Positions 41,141 through 53,329 of a stretch of DNA of 64,000 bases are shown in pieces. The notes under the pieces are model-generated. The model worked only from the letters and a program-made list of their open reading frames with translations, searched no databases and was not told the origin of the DNA. How positions within the stretch are numbered: the first letter of the stretch is position 1; each line of letters opens with the position of its first letter. The translations under genes were made by a program, and so were the position numbers. This stretch comes from Octopus vulgaris. Its lineage: Eukaryota. The stretch covers positions 86,800,001 through 86,864,000 of the forward strand of contig OX597816.1 of NCBI GenBank assembly GCA_951406725.2, in the 5' to 3' direction.

Positions 41141-41400
41141 CCTGGATTGCTAAATCAACTTAGCATTCTATGGTTCCTGGATTCATGTATATTTCCAAAT
41201 CACGAATTGTTATTCATTCAAATGAGTATATCCCATCAAAAATAATCTTTGAAAGTTTGGAACCGTATGTATAAGCCCTGGATTGCTAAGGCAACTTAGC
41301 ATTCCATGCCTCCTGGATAAATGTATATTTTGAAATTACGAGTTGTTATTCATTCAAACGTGTATATCCCATCAAAGACATCTTTGAAAGTTTTGAACCG
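41141..41400. repeat. Tandem duplication, unit about 136 bp, two diverged copies
   Basis: cctggattgctaa...caacttagcatt...tatatcccatcaaa...tctttgaaagttt..aaccg occurs twice. Confidence 0.9.
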
Positions 41401-41710
41401 ATGCAAAAAGATAATCATTATTTTCTAAGACCCACCAAAAATAGGATCCTTGGTAATTTGTTCGAATATATTGTCTATAAATGAATGAGATTATTGGTCA
41501 CAACTTTTGTGTTCTCAATAAGACTATCCTTATACTACAAAGAGCCAACCTTGTCATCCACTGTTAAGCAGAGTCTCCTTGAAGTGAAATTAAAAGTACA
41601 AATTCATGAGAAATATACACTTATAAGTCAAAGAGTGCGTAGTTCAGTAAATCGAATCGAGCAACAGATAAAAGCACGGGCAACGTCTACAAATAAACAT
41701 TTGAGGCATA

Positions 41711-43002
41711 CGAGGGGCGTTCAATAAGTAATGCCCCTGACCCCTTGCAGTTGTTTGATCTAGCTGAAATTTTGCATGTGCAATTATTTATATCTCTATA
41801 GATTAAGTGGTAAATTACAGCTCTGAACTAATTGTGGTTTCCGATTTACAGGTGTTTGAACTGAGTCAAGTGGGAAATGGAGCCTGTTGAGTGTCGAGCA
41901 GTGATTTCGGTTTTTGTATTTGAAAGGACGCACACCACGGGAGACTTTTGATGAAATGAAAGTAACTTATGGTGATGATGCCCCATCATATGACCTTGTA
42001 AAACGCTGGCATCGTGAATTCAAACATGGTCGGAACTCTGTAGAAACAGCTCCCAGATCTGGTCGCCCCCTTCTGCCATTGATGAGGCATCTGTCTGTCA
42101 AGTTGAGGCTACCATTTTGGAAGATCGACGCATAACTATTCGTCAAATAGCCCATGAGGTCAAGATTATTACCGGGTCTGTGGAAACTATCATTCATGAC
42201 CATTTACATATGCAAAAGGTGTCTGCCAGATGAATTCCCAGGTTGCTCACACTTTTCCAGAAGCAAGAACGCGTCGATTGCTTGAGGATGAATTTGGAGA
42301 TGTGCTAAGAAGATGAGTCAAAATTTTTCAAAAGACTGAATGCATAGGATAAAACCTGGGCCCATCACTATGATCCAGAGACCAAAGCCCAGTCAATGCA
42401 GTGGAAGCACCGTGACTCACCTCCTCCAAAGAAGGCAAGGGTGCAGCCTTCCGCTGGCAAGGTCATGCTTACAGTCTTCTGGGACCAGGACGGAGTAGTG
42501 AAGACAGATTTCCTGGCAAAGGGTACCACAATTACAGGAGCCTATTATGCTTCACTTCTGAGGAAATTAAGAGAAGCTATCAAAATCAAGAGGCGGGGCA
42601 AGATCAGCAAAAGCATCCTCCTCCTGCAGGACAACGCTCCGGTCCACAACTCGCGTGTCGCCAGATCAGAAGCACAGGCGTGCGGCTATGAACTCCTCCC
42701 CCATCTCCCCTACTCTCCTGACCTTGTACCCTCTGATTTTCACCTCTTCCCAGTCACGAAGTTGTTTTTGAAAGGAAAGCGTTTCCCAGATGATGCAGCC
42801 TTGATTTCTGAAGTCACGTCGTGGTTGGAGGACCAAGCTGGGGTCTTCTACAAAAACGGTCTTCAGAGCTGCATCAAACGATGGGAGAAATGCGTAACTC
42901 TGGTTGGTTTCTATGTAGAAAAAGACTAATAACTGTTCCAAGTTTCGTTGCTCTACTGCTATGGGAAGTGAGTCAGGGGCACTACTTATTGAACGCCCCT
43001 CG
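41711..43002 (+). mobile_element. Full-length mariner (DD34D) transposon, 1292 bp
   Basis: 31-bp TIRs cgaggggcgttcaataagta(a/g)tgcccctgac with 1 mismatch; TA duplication at 41709-10 and 43003-04. Confidence 0.96.
41877..42929 (+). pseudogene. Mariner transposase pseudogene
   Basis: PRSGRP, *IPR (WVPR), DKTW, FWD, QDNA and YSPDLVPSD with D34D spacing; stops at 42231, 42306 and 42345 plus frameshifts. Confidence 0.95.
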
Positions 43003-43376
43003 TATACAGGATTCGCATAGCATAGCCGGATGACTGCGTTGCCGAATACACCATGATAAGCCAAACAATATATACATATCTGGATGTGGTAACGCTGGTG
43101 CCTTCATTTTAGGGTCACTCAACCTTCATGAAATAGCACACAAACCTATTTCAAATCCTACCACGCTAAGATAAAAGGGCATATAAGATAGCATGTGTGG
43201 TGTAAAAAAAAGCAATGTGTTCGTCATACTTGCAATGCCTCTGATCATATGTTTGCTTGTTGTAGGCCAACTTTTGATTTTAAATATCGCAGCCAAAATA
43301 CGCGGCTGGGTGTTATTGACACTCTTTTACCCTTTGTTCAGTGTCAGATTGACTTGAAATTATTACGTACCGTATG

Positions 43377-43432
<56 letters not shown>

Positions 43433-43791
43433 ATATAATATAATATAATATAATATAATATAATATAAGTTTGCTTTTTTTATCTTTTACATGTTTTAGT
43501 CATTAGACTGAGGCCATGCTGGGGCACCACGTTGAAGAATTTTTAATTGAAAAACGTCGATCCCAGTATATTTTTAAGCTTCGTACTTAGCCTATTGTTT
43601 CTTTTACAGAACTGCTAATTGACACACATACACACACATAGAAAGACACACATACACACACGCGCGCGCGCACAGATATATATATATATATACATAAACT
43701 TGCTTGGATGTGTAGCTTCAATCAAATAATAATATAAATAGTATATGCATATATGCATGTATATATATATATATATGCATGTGTGTGTATA

Positions 43792-44040
43792 CATATGCAA
43801 ATATGGGTACTGGACGTCACCAACAGTAAACAACATGAAATATGAAAACAAATGAGTTCAATACGCAAACAACGAAATGAGGAGTAGGTAGACAGCCGAC
43901 AACTGATGATGAGTCGTTCTTTGTGTTACCTGTCCTGGATTCCATTTGTTTCTCTCATTGTTTGCGTATTGAACTCATTTGTTATCGTATTTCATGTTGT
44001 TTACTACTGTTGGTGACCTCCGTACCCATATGTGCATATG
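43792..44040. repeat. Inverted-repeat element with arms of about 80 bp
   Basis: atatgggtac..gacgtcaccaacagtaaacaacatgaaata..aaaacaaatgagttcaatacgcaaacaa and its reverse complement at about 43958-44040. Confidence 0.9.
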
Positions 44041-44041
44041 C

Positions 44042-44096
<55 letters not shown>

Positions 44097-44181
44097 AGGA
44101 GAATTCACACAAAAAAGACAAAGACAGGTGGTGTAGACAACAAACAGATGTATTAATTTAACGCTCGGGAAGCAAAAAAGT

Positions 44182-44217
44182 CTTTAATGTTTCGAGCTTA
44201 CGCTCTTCCACATAAAG
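44182..44217 (-). ncRNA. Degenerate minimal hammerhead-like motif in a PLE terminal fragment (about 44095-44220)
   Basis: cttt-ATGTGGA-a-gagc(gtaa)gctc-GAAAC-ATT-aaag: both stems intact, 5' core degenerate. Confidence 0.45.
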
Positions 44218-44485
44218 AGAGAGCAATCAGCGTCTTTCAATATCAGTCTACCAAATCCACTCATAAGGCTTTGGTTGGCTCCCGAAGTTATAGTAAAAGA
44301 TGCTCGCCTAGGGTCCCAAGAAGTGGAATTGAAAACCCGGAGCCATTTTCTTGTGAACCAAGCTCACAGCCACGCTTGCGCCTACAGGGAAAACCTATAG
44401 AATTTGTCCTTGCTAACAGTGAAGTGAAGTGAAAAGCCGAGGTAAACATACAGCAGAAACTGTAATCTACTGCATAATTGCCATT

Positions 44486-44535
<50 letters not shown>

Positions 44536-45449
44536 CTTCATAGTAGCTTTCTACCTCTTTCGGTAAGTACTCCCCTTACTTCTTTGATCACTCCCTTAAC
44601 ATCATACCTTTCTGATTTGTTATAATCTTACTCTTCATACATGCACAGTTTACTTCTTGAACTTGGCTACATCTTAATCACTATCTTCTTTAGCTCTCCT
44701 CTTTCCTTTTCTCTTGAAAACAGGCTAATGTTCGAGCGATAACCTATTTCTGTATTTTTTACTCAGCATTTCAGCCGTTTCCGAATTCTCGACCCTATTT
44801 TACAAGTCGTCACGCGTTCACTTTCTCTTTAATGTCCACTACTACACGTTCTTGCGTTGTACAGCTCAGCCAAAATTAATAATTGTGTTCTATATATAAA
44901 ATAATTGTTTTCTTCAGTGTATAAAATACATAAAATTTTGTATATTTTTGTGTTTTATCATCTTCCTTAGTGATACTGCAACCAAATTGCTTCAGGACAC
45001 GTTGTGCTAATCCTTAACTATGATCTTGTTTTCACAACATTATTCCCTGCAAATGCTCTGGTACACAGAGACGAGCTGTAGTGTTGTTAAACGTGCCAAA
45101 ATCGTGAAGAGCTCAAACAAAAGCTCGCAAAGTGGATTTGTTTCTATGTTTTTTATTTTCCATGTTTGCTTCAGTGTGATGGTCACCGTCTGCATAATTG
45201 AATGAATAGACATTAATTAGAAACCACTCTCAAATACTTTAAACGCTGAGAATAAAAATCATTTATTAACGAAATCTTTAGGGAAAGCGACCGGTTATTT
45301 CGTTTCAAATCGCTTATCAAGAAGTAGGTAAAATATTCGGCTGCATATCACGAATCATTTTATTGATAAACAATATGTACGCCGTACACCGTTGCAATAG
45401 CTGAAACTACTAAAATATTAATAGCATAGATATAGACAATTGTAAAGAA

Positions 45450-45574
<125 letters not shown>

Positions 45575-45772
45575 CATTACTCTGCTAAAAAATTCTAGGA
45601 TAAAAACTTACAACTCACGCAATATCTTTAAATGCATTTCAGAGATATCAACTCTCATCCTTTTCTGGATTGTTCCCTGTTACTTAGGAAAAAATAAGAA
45701 TGGTACAAATTGTATAGAATGCAAGTATGTCCTCTTAAGATATGTAATGTGTATGTGTATATATGTGAGTGT

Positions 45773-45817
<45 letters not shown>

Positions 45818-47326
45818 TGTGTGTGTAAAGCGAAATTCATATACATATATGTATATAAATATATATATATATATATAAATTTCGCTTTGCAAACATTTTA
45901 AAAGATTCTTTCGCTCAGCTAACAGCTTTAGACCACAGGATACTCACTGAATCATGTTTTGAAAGTAGCAATTGCTAATATATGCATTAATACTGAAAAA
46001 TGTGTTTTCTTAACACTTTTAACGCAATAGGTCGACTTTTCGATATGACTCACAAATTCTGAAGTTCTTGGTTCATATATATATATATACCATTGATTTG
46101 CTTTAATGTTTTTTAACGGCTTCTCCTCACTCTGTCCACAGGTTATTATTACTTCTGAGTAACCGAATAAATGTGATGGCCTTCAGCGGAAATTTACGAA
46201 GAAAAATAAATCACTAGCATACGATAAGCTCTTCAATTTTTTCTTAAAATACCTACAGATGTCTCCAAAAGTTAGTACAACACAGATAGTTTAAAATGGT
46301 CGTCATAACTGCTAACAATACTGATCCATATAAGTTAGGATGAATTGAAAAATAGTAATTGGTTAGGAATTGAATATATATACAAACAATTGCAGCGCGG
46401 AAGATGTTTATAAGCCATTTAAAAACACACAAAAACCGTTAGATTCACTTTAACATTTAAATTTAATTTGCCAAAATATTTTTGTTGCTTTGATAGTGCG
46501 ACCTGTTCACTGACAAAATAATTTTACCATAAAGAACATTTTAGTACCGGTTTCAGACTTTGCGACTTTTTCAACTTAGAATGAATCACGAAAAACAAAA
46601 CATAAAAAAACATACAAAGTATGGGGTCAATCCTTTCTACTAATAAAATTCTTCAAGGTAGTGCCCCAACATGGCCGTACTGAAGTAAGTAAAATATGAA
46701 AGATAAAATATAACCCAGCAAACTTACAATCAAAGTCATTCCAGATGTGACCATACTTCCTTTTGTAAGAATATCATATTTATAATTTTTTATATGTAAC
46801 AGCCCCCCTTCTATTTCTAACACTGTAAAGTTTGAAATGTAAAGGAGATATAGCTGCTATTTCTAGAAGTTTCAACGATTCGAAGAAGAAGAAGAAGAAG
46901 AAGAAGAAGAAGAAGAAGAAGATAGAGAATAATAAAAATACGGGAGTGGTATGACATTAGTAGGATGTTTGTGCAATTTTCTTAAATGGTCAAGTGACTT
47001 AAAGTGACCTGTTGTGGCGGTAATTGTTGTGAGTGGAACTGTTGTGAATAAATTCATGGCTAGTGACTGGTTCTGAATATATCATTTTTTATATTTGCGT
47101 GGGTATTATTTTAAGGCCCTTGTAATATAGTGTATATAGTGGTGGACGCATTCGAAAGGGGTTTATATTTTGTGAGAAAATATGACTCTTTGCTAATGCG
47201 CTGACTACAGGCTGCATCGTTCCTGGATTTATAGTGAGGAAAATTCTGAAACTGGGTTGTTTGTTAGTGGCGCAAATGTCGATGTGTTCACTGAATGCTA
47301 TTTTTCTGTATTCTATCAACTTTCTG

Positions 47327-47383
<57 letters not shown>

Positions 47384-49383
47384 TTACATGAACATATACA
47401 AGCATACATATACAAACAAGCATACACACGCACACACAAACACACGAACATATAGATAGATAGATAAACAGAGACAGACTGACAGACACGTAGATAGAGA
47501 TAGAGAGAGAGAGAGAAGTAAATAGAAATGCCAAGTTTACAGTTATTCTAATACACTCCGATGAATTTTGAACATAACCAGTCTTTTAAGTGTCATCTTT
47601 TCATCTTTTTAATATGCTCTGCTTTAAGCTATTACATGAGGAGAGATTCCTCCTTTGCAAAGCATGTTAAAACGGTGACTCTTACAAGTCTCATACAAGA
47701 GTTCATGTCTCACTCCATAATACCTAATTAGTATTTTCAGCTTTGACACCTGCAGAGCCACGCCTCTCAACTTTAGGGCACACAGAGAAAGTAGACGAAG
47801 GAAACGTAAAAATAAGATAAACTGACAAGAAAACAAAGAATGTGGAAGAGAAGAATAAACCACCCCAGGGGTGTACTGGTACCTTATATTGAATGTATAC
47901 CATCTTCTATTCCACAAGTTTTTAGCTCCGACCAATGTATATTGAATTTTGTAACACAACATGTTTATAAGAGATTTTTGTCTAGAAAGAGGACCACGGT
48001 TTTTTGTTTTTCTGCAGTGTACATACGTATTTTTGTGATATATAGCGGGCTGTTTTAAGTTAACGCTACTTCAATTGCATAGACCTGATAATTGCATTAC
48101 TCATTTCAATCTTCAATCTTCAACCAGGTGTTATCCACAAGTTATGTTTTGTGTAGTTTTATAAATGGCTTGAATTATGTTAGTTAACAGCCAAAAGAGA
48201 AAAATAGGTTTTTGGTGTTTGTATACTATATATATACTTGTGTGTGTATGTATGAATATATGTATGTTTACATATATGTATGCAGAGAGCAAGTGAGAGA
48301 GAAGGGATAAAAGAGGGAAAGAGACAAAGTGAAAGAGAGGGAGAGAGACAGACAGATTTACAAACAGTGACTACGATAAAGAAAGGCAGAAAAAGAAAGG
48401 CAGGAGTGTGTGCCAGAGAAAGAGTGACGGTGTTAAATAATATTTTGTTTAATGTCCCGAGAGATATTTGCAACATTAATGATTAAGACATTTAACCTTT
48501 TATTGTGTTCACAGAGGAAATATTTTTGTTTGAAGTTTTAGAGCGATCTTGCTTATAACTTTCTTTACAGAAAATGCTATTAAGGTTTCTGGCAACTTAA
48601 AAATAATGTTTAAACATTTGTTAAAGTTAGAATAAAAGCACATATGGCTTCCATCAGATAAAATCTAACCACTTTATAGAAAAGTTTAAGCGGATGCAGG
48701 AATATTCGAAGAAAATCTTTCGTAAAAATTCATGAAATACCCACGCTACTAAAATTATATTACAACACGCAATATGCGTTCAAGGTTCAGTGAGAATATT
48801 TCATCTGATTTAATTGGAACCTTTGTTTTTAATATATCTGAAAATAAATGAAACATTTCGTGTATATTTTTGACATACTGAAATTTTTCTGGTTTAACTT
48901 TTGCTAGATAATTCCAAAGTAAAGTTAATTCACTGTTTTATTAGTATTTTCGAAACGGATCATTTTACTGGGAATGCAGTGTATGGTGGTTGGTTGGTGT
49001 TAATGAAAGGAATTAAATCCAAAAGCTGGAATTTAGAGGTAGGATGGATTGTATGAAATGATACAATACATTTGCTCTCGCGCTGATAAATATCAGTCAA
49101 CATACTGAGTTATACAAGATTTGATATAGATAAAAACTGATAAACAATGAAGTTACATAAAAAGTCATTATCCTTTTTAAAGATATATATATTTAAAAAC
49201 TACATTTTGTCGTAAGTTTGCCTAAAGTCACATAATTACATATACTGTGTCTGAAAATTAATTTTAAATTAACATAATTAAAGCAACGTGCTTAAATTAA
49301 CGTATTTGAATTTGCAGGAATGTTTTTACTGTAAATGTTGCTTGGAATTATAATATTCCATATGATTTTTTTAGAGTATTGTT

Positions 49384-49456
<73 letters not shown>

Positions 49457-49481
49457 ACATCATCATCATCATCATCATCAT

Positions 49482-49515
<34 letters not shown>

Positions 49516-49562
49516 GTCGTCGTCGTCGTCGTCGTCGTCATCATCATTATCATCATCACATC
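49384..49562. repeat. (CAT)n/(CGT)n microsatellite
   Basis: Direct reading of the sequence. Confidence 0.95.
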
Positions 49563-49572
49563 ATGTATCTAT

Positions 49573-49785
49573 TAAGGCGGCGAGCTGGCAGAATTGTTAG
49601 CACACCGTGCAAAATGCTTAGCGGAATTTCGTCTGTTTTCACTGAGTTCAAATTCTGCCGCGGGTGACTATGCTTTTCATTCTCTAAGGATCGATAAAAT
49701 AATTAGCAATTCAACGCTGAGATCGATATAAATCGACTAGCCTTCTCCCCCAAATTTCAGGCCTTCTGCCTATAGCAGAAAAAAA
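49573..49785 (+). mobile_element. SINE family A
   Basis: aaggcggcgagctggcagaattgttagcac...cctatagcagaaa. Confidence 0.85.
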
Positions 49786-49796
49786 TTGTTGTTATT

Positions 49797-50165
49797 CTTT
49801 TTTTTCTTCATCACAGGTCTTGTTGGCGCTCCTAGAGTCTTCCATGCGTAGCGGACTTACTACCTGCAACCCACAGTACCATGCTATTCGTTCTTTTCAC
49901 CTATCTAATTCTGCTTATTTTGGCTTTCTATTTCTGCTTATCCTGCTTATTCTGGCCGTGTCAAGGAGGCAAACCTTTTGTAAAAGCTCAGCTGGACATT
50001 CTGTTCTAATTTCCTTCATATTCCTCTGGATACCTTCTGATACAGTTCCCAAGGACCCAACAATAACTGGAACTATTTTCACCTTCTTCATTTTCCATAG
50101 CCGGGCTATTTCGTGTTTAAGAGATTTGTATCTAACTTTTCGCCTTCCTTCTTGATTATTCGCGG

Positions 50166-50166
<1 letters not shown>
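49797..50166 (-). mobile_element. 5'-truncated R4/Dong-clade non-LTR retrotransposon
   Basis: RYKSLKHEIARLWKMKKVKIVPVIVGSLG...LLQKVCLLDTARI is the RLE C-terminus typical of R4/Dong; short 3' UTR, flanked by (TAA)n. Confidence 0.85.
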
Positions 50167-50232
<66 letters not shown>

Positions 50233-50273
50233 CAGTGTTGTTGTTGTTGTTGTTGTTATTATTTTGTATCTAT

Positions 50274-50735
50274 TAAGGAGGCGAGTTGGCAGAATTCCTA
50301 GTACGCTGGGCAAAATGCTTAGCGACATTTTCGTCCGTCTGTACTTTCTGAGTACAAATGCAACCGAGACCGACTTTGCTTTTCATCCTTCGGGGTCGCT
50401 AAAATATGTGCCATCTGAGCAGTGGTGTCAATGTAATAGACTTACCTATTTCTTTACTACCCACAAGGGGCTAAACACAGCGGACAAACAAGGACAGACA
50501 AACGGATTAAGTGGATTATATCGACCCCAGTGCGTAACTGGTACTTAATTTATCGATCCCAAAAAGATGAAAGGCAAAGTCGACCTCGGCGGAATTTGAA
50601 CTCAGAACGTAGCGGCAGACGAAATACCGCTAAGCATTTCGCCCGGCGTGCTAACGTTTCTGCCTGCTTGCCGCCTTGAATGTAATCAACTTACCCATCC
50701 CCCGAAGTTGCTGGCCTTGTGCCAAAATTTGAAAG
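50274..50735 (+). mobile_element. SINE A interrupted by an antisense SINE A
   Basis: Head at 50274-50446; resumes at 50679-50735. Confidence 0.85.
50447..50678 (-). mobile_element. SINE A (alternative-tail subfamily), nested, 17-bp TSD
   Basis: TSD aatgtaatagacttacc (50430-50446) / aatgtaatcaacttacc (50679-50695). Confidence 0.9.
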
Positions 50736-51881
50736 AATTATTCTGTACCTATAACTGGCATTGATCAAATGTATACTATCTAATCATAACCACACCATTT
50801 TCGTCACGCACTCGCTATTGAGGTTTACATTTTCAAATATATTTCATTTTCAAAATGTTTCATTGGAGGAAAAGTTGGCTATTCATTTTAGCGAGTCGAA
50901 CAACCGAGAAGATGCATTCTTGTTGTCTTGCCTTGCCTGTGTGATGAAAATTTTGTTAGTTTGTAATTTGTACGTAGCTTGCTCAAAACAATCCGAGAAT
51001 ATATGTGAGAATCATTTCAGCCGTGTATACTTTTATAACACAAACGTAGTCTAGTATGCTATTAAGTAAAACTGCTTTATAATCCTTCATAATTGGCCTA
51101 AAATAACGAGACTCACATTATTAACAAATAGATATTCAGCTCATTCTTCTGAATATATACGATAAACATTACTTTAATCAATAATCAGTAGTTATAAACG
51201 CTAACCAATTAACTTTTGATATATGAAGCTGAGAAGTGTTGAAATTAAAATAGCGAAACCTATTACGTCGTTCTCAATGATGTGGTACAAATGTCGTCTT
51301 TACATTCTTTTAAACAAATTCAATTATCATAATATAAATCATAACAATTTAAATTATACTTTAACAGTTATAGATTCAATTTATATGTTCAAAATGAACA
51401 TAACATATGTAAAAAGAAACAAAACTTCCATAATCACTTGTCTATTCTCTTTCTGTGAAGATAATGGGTCTATAACTTAACCAGATGTAAAATTAGCACT
51501 GAAGGAATAATTTGCATATTGTTTATTTAAAGTAATTAGAGAGCCATATCTGACAGCGAGTTGTACGTATGCTTTTCATTCGATACTGCAAGCTAAACTA
51601 TATACATGGCAATTATGTAGTAAATCAGCAGAATAATAAACACACTCCTGATATACCGAGTCGTCAAAATTTATTTCAAAGGGTGGGTTATGATTTATGC
51701 TTTGACACAAAAGAGAAGTCTAACGTTTCGGAAGAAAACTTCCTCAGAGAATTGGAAATTAATTGCTATTTATACAAAGCCTGTTAATAACTTGTTTCGA
51801 TCTGAAATTTCCAAACTGTTTTCGTTAATGATTATTTTTAATATCCGCACAAGACCAGAAATTCGATGGAAGGTGAAACCA

Positions 51882-51940
<59 letters not shown>

Positions 51941-52149
51941 TCATACAAACACACTTAGATATATGTACGTGTATATATATACACTTGCACATACACAAGT
52001 GTATGTGGGTGGGTGTGTAAGGAACTTCCAGGCAATTAGTTAATGTTTCTTTCAAGTTGTTTTAAATGAAATCTGTTTTTCTCGTGTTAACATAAAGACC
52101 AATAATTTCTGTGGCGTCTTTTAGACTGTGGAAGAATACAAGAGGTAGA

Positions 52150-52745
52150 AAAATACAAGAAGTAGAAGAATGCAAAAGGCTCTTGAAGTCTTATCTCGCA
52201 TATCTGACATTCGGGTTAAGGCATATGCACAATTAGCATCTGTTATTTAGAGGCTGTGTATCTAGAACCTCTTCATTTTCTGTGGTCATGTTTTCCGTTA
52301 TCATCTACTAAAATCCAGAGAGCAGACAGTAAAGTACTATCAAGAAGCTGTAATTGTATGTCCTTGTTAAAATGCAAACAGGAATGTTGAAAAATTCTCT
52401 TTCTATCTGTTCAAATTAAATTAGTTCGAGTGTATTGTTAGGGTATCATTGTAGTACCTACTATATCTTGAAGGTTTTCATAGGCTTCTAGGATTTGCTG
52501 CATCTCATCTCTGTAAATTGGGAAAAGGATTTTTTGATAATTCCACCTATACTAATTTCTTGCTCGAACACACTGAAAAATTAATCTCAGGGTGAATAAA
52601 GACCTGCTGTTGAGAGATTCTTTCCGAATACACGTTGTTGTTGACGAAAACATTTTTCAAATCCGAGTGTATATCAAGGTATTATGAACTTCGGCTGCCA
52701 TACATCTTAATGTGATAACCTGGTCAGCCTGTAATAACTCTAATT
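52150..52745 (-). mobile_element. Decayed RTE/RTEX-like RT fragment
   Basis: Broken equivalents of DQ--TLR, DFEKAF, QGDTLAP and D-ADD motifs in the expected order on the minus strand. Confidence 0.4.
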
Positions 52746-52921
52746 CAGTTTTGGAAAAAGGAGAGTATTCAGATTTCATTTTAATTACAGATTGAGTTTC
52801 CATTGTTCTTATACTTGCTCACTTCATTTCTATGTGGCGCTTCGCTTATTTATTCATATTTACACTTACATGCGTCTATATCCATTGTATACCTTTAAAT
52901 CTATATGTGCCCGGAACTATA

Positions 52922-53329
52922 TAAGGTGTTCGGGCTAAATTTGACAGTTTGCATAAAAGGAAACGAAAACAGTACCCCATCCAAAAGTAAAAGTATTTTA
53001 AAACATCACAAATTGTACACTCGATTATTGCTCGGAGGTAACATTTTATCCAAAGGAGTCACCCTCATTTTCTTCATGGCTCGGGAACCTGGCGTCGGCG
53101 TTCCTTACTGTATCCATGAAAAGATCTTCGGACATATTCTTGAGCTTGACCCCAAGCTAGGCCGTGATATTGCGGAAGATCAGCTTCTGTAATGATGTCG
53201 ACATTTTGATATCTGGCGCGAATAAGTCTTTTCCAATATCTGTTGACTGGTCACCAATACATCAAGCTGTTTCAGAAAAGAAAAGTATGGAATGGGGCAA
53301 AAGTCGTCAAATTTAACCCGAACACACTT
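52922..53329 (-). mobile_element. Internally deleted Tc1/mariner-superfamily element (about 410 bp)
   Basis: TIRs gtgttcgggctaaatttgac / gtcaaatttaacccgaacac; transposase-end-like LKNMSEDLFMDTVRNADARF...NEGDSFG* on the minus strand. Confidence 0.75.

Larger units (their letters stand above)
43480..44385 (-). mobile_element. SINE family B split by insertions in its internal microsatellite
   Basis: 3' half at about 43480-43620 and 5' half at about 44235-44385 (ccaaatccactcataaggctttgg...cacagccacgcttgcgcct). Confidence 0.65.

Noticed and set aside
49335-49667. Poly-His/poly-Arg ORF with a hydrophobic start
   Set aside because: (CAT)n/(CGT)n microsatellite running into a SINE.
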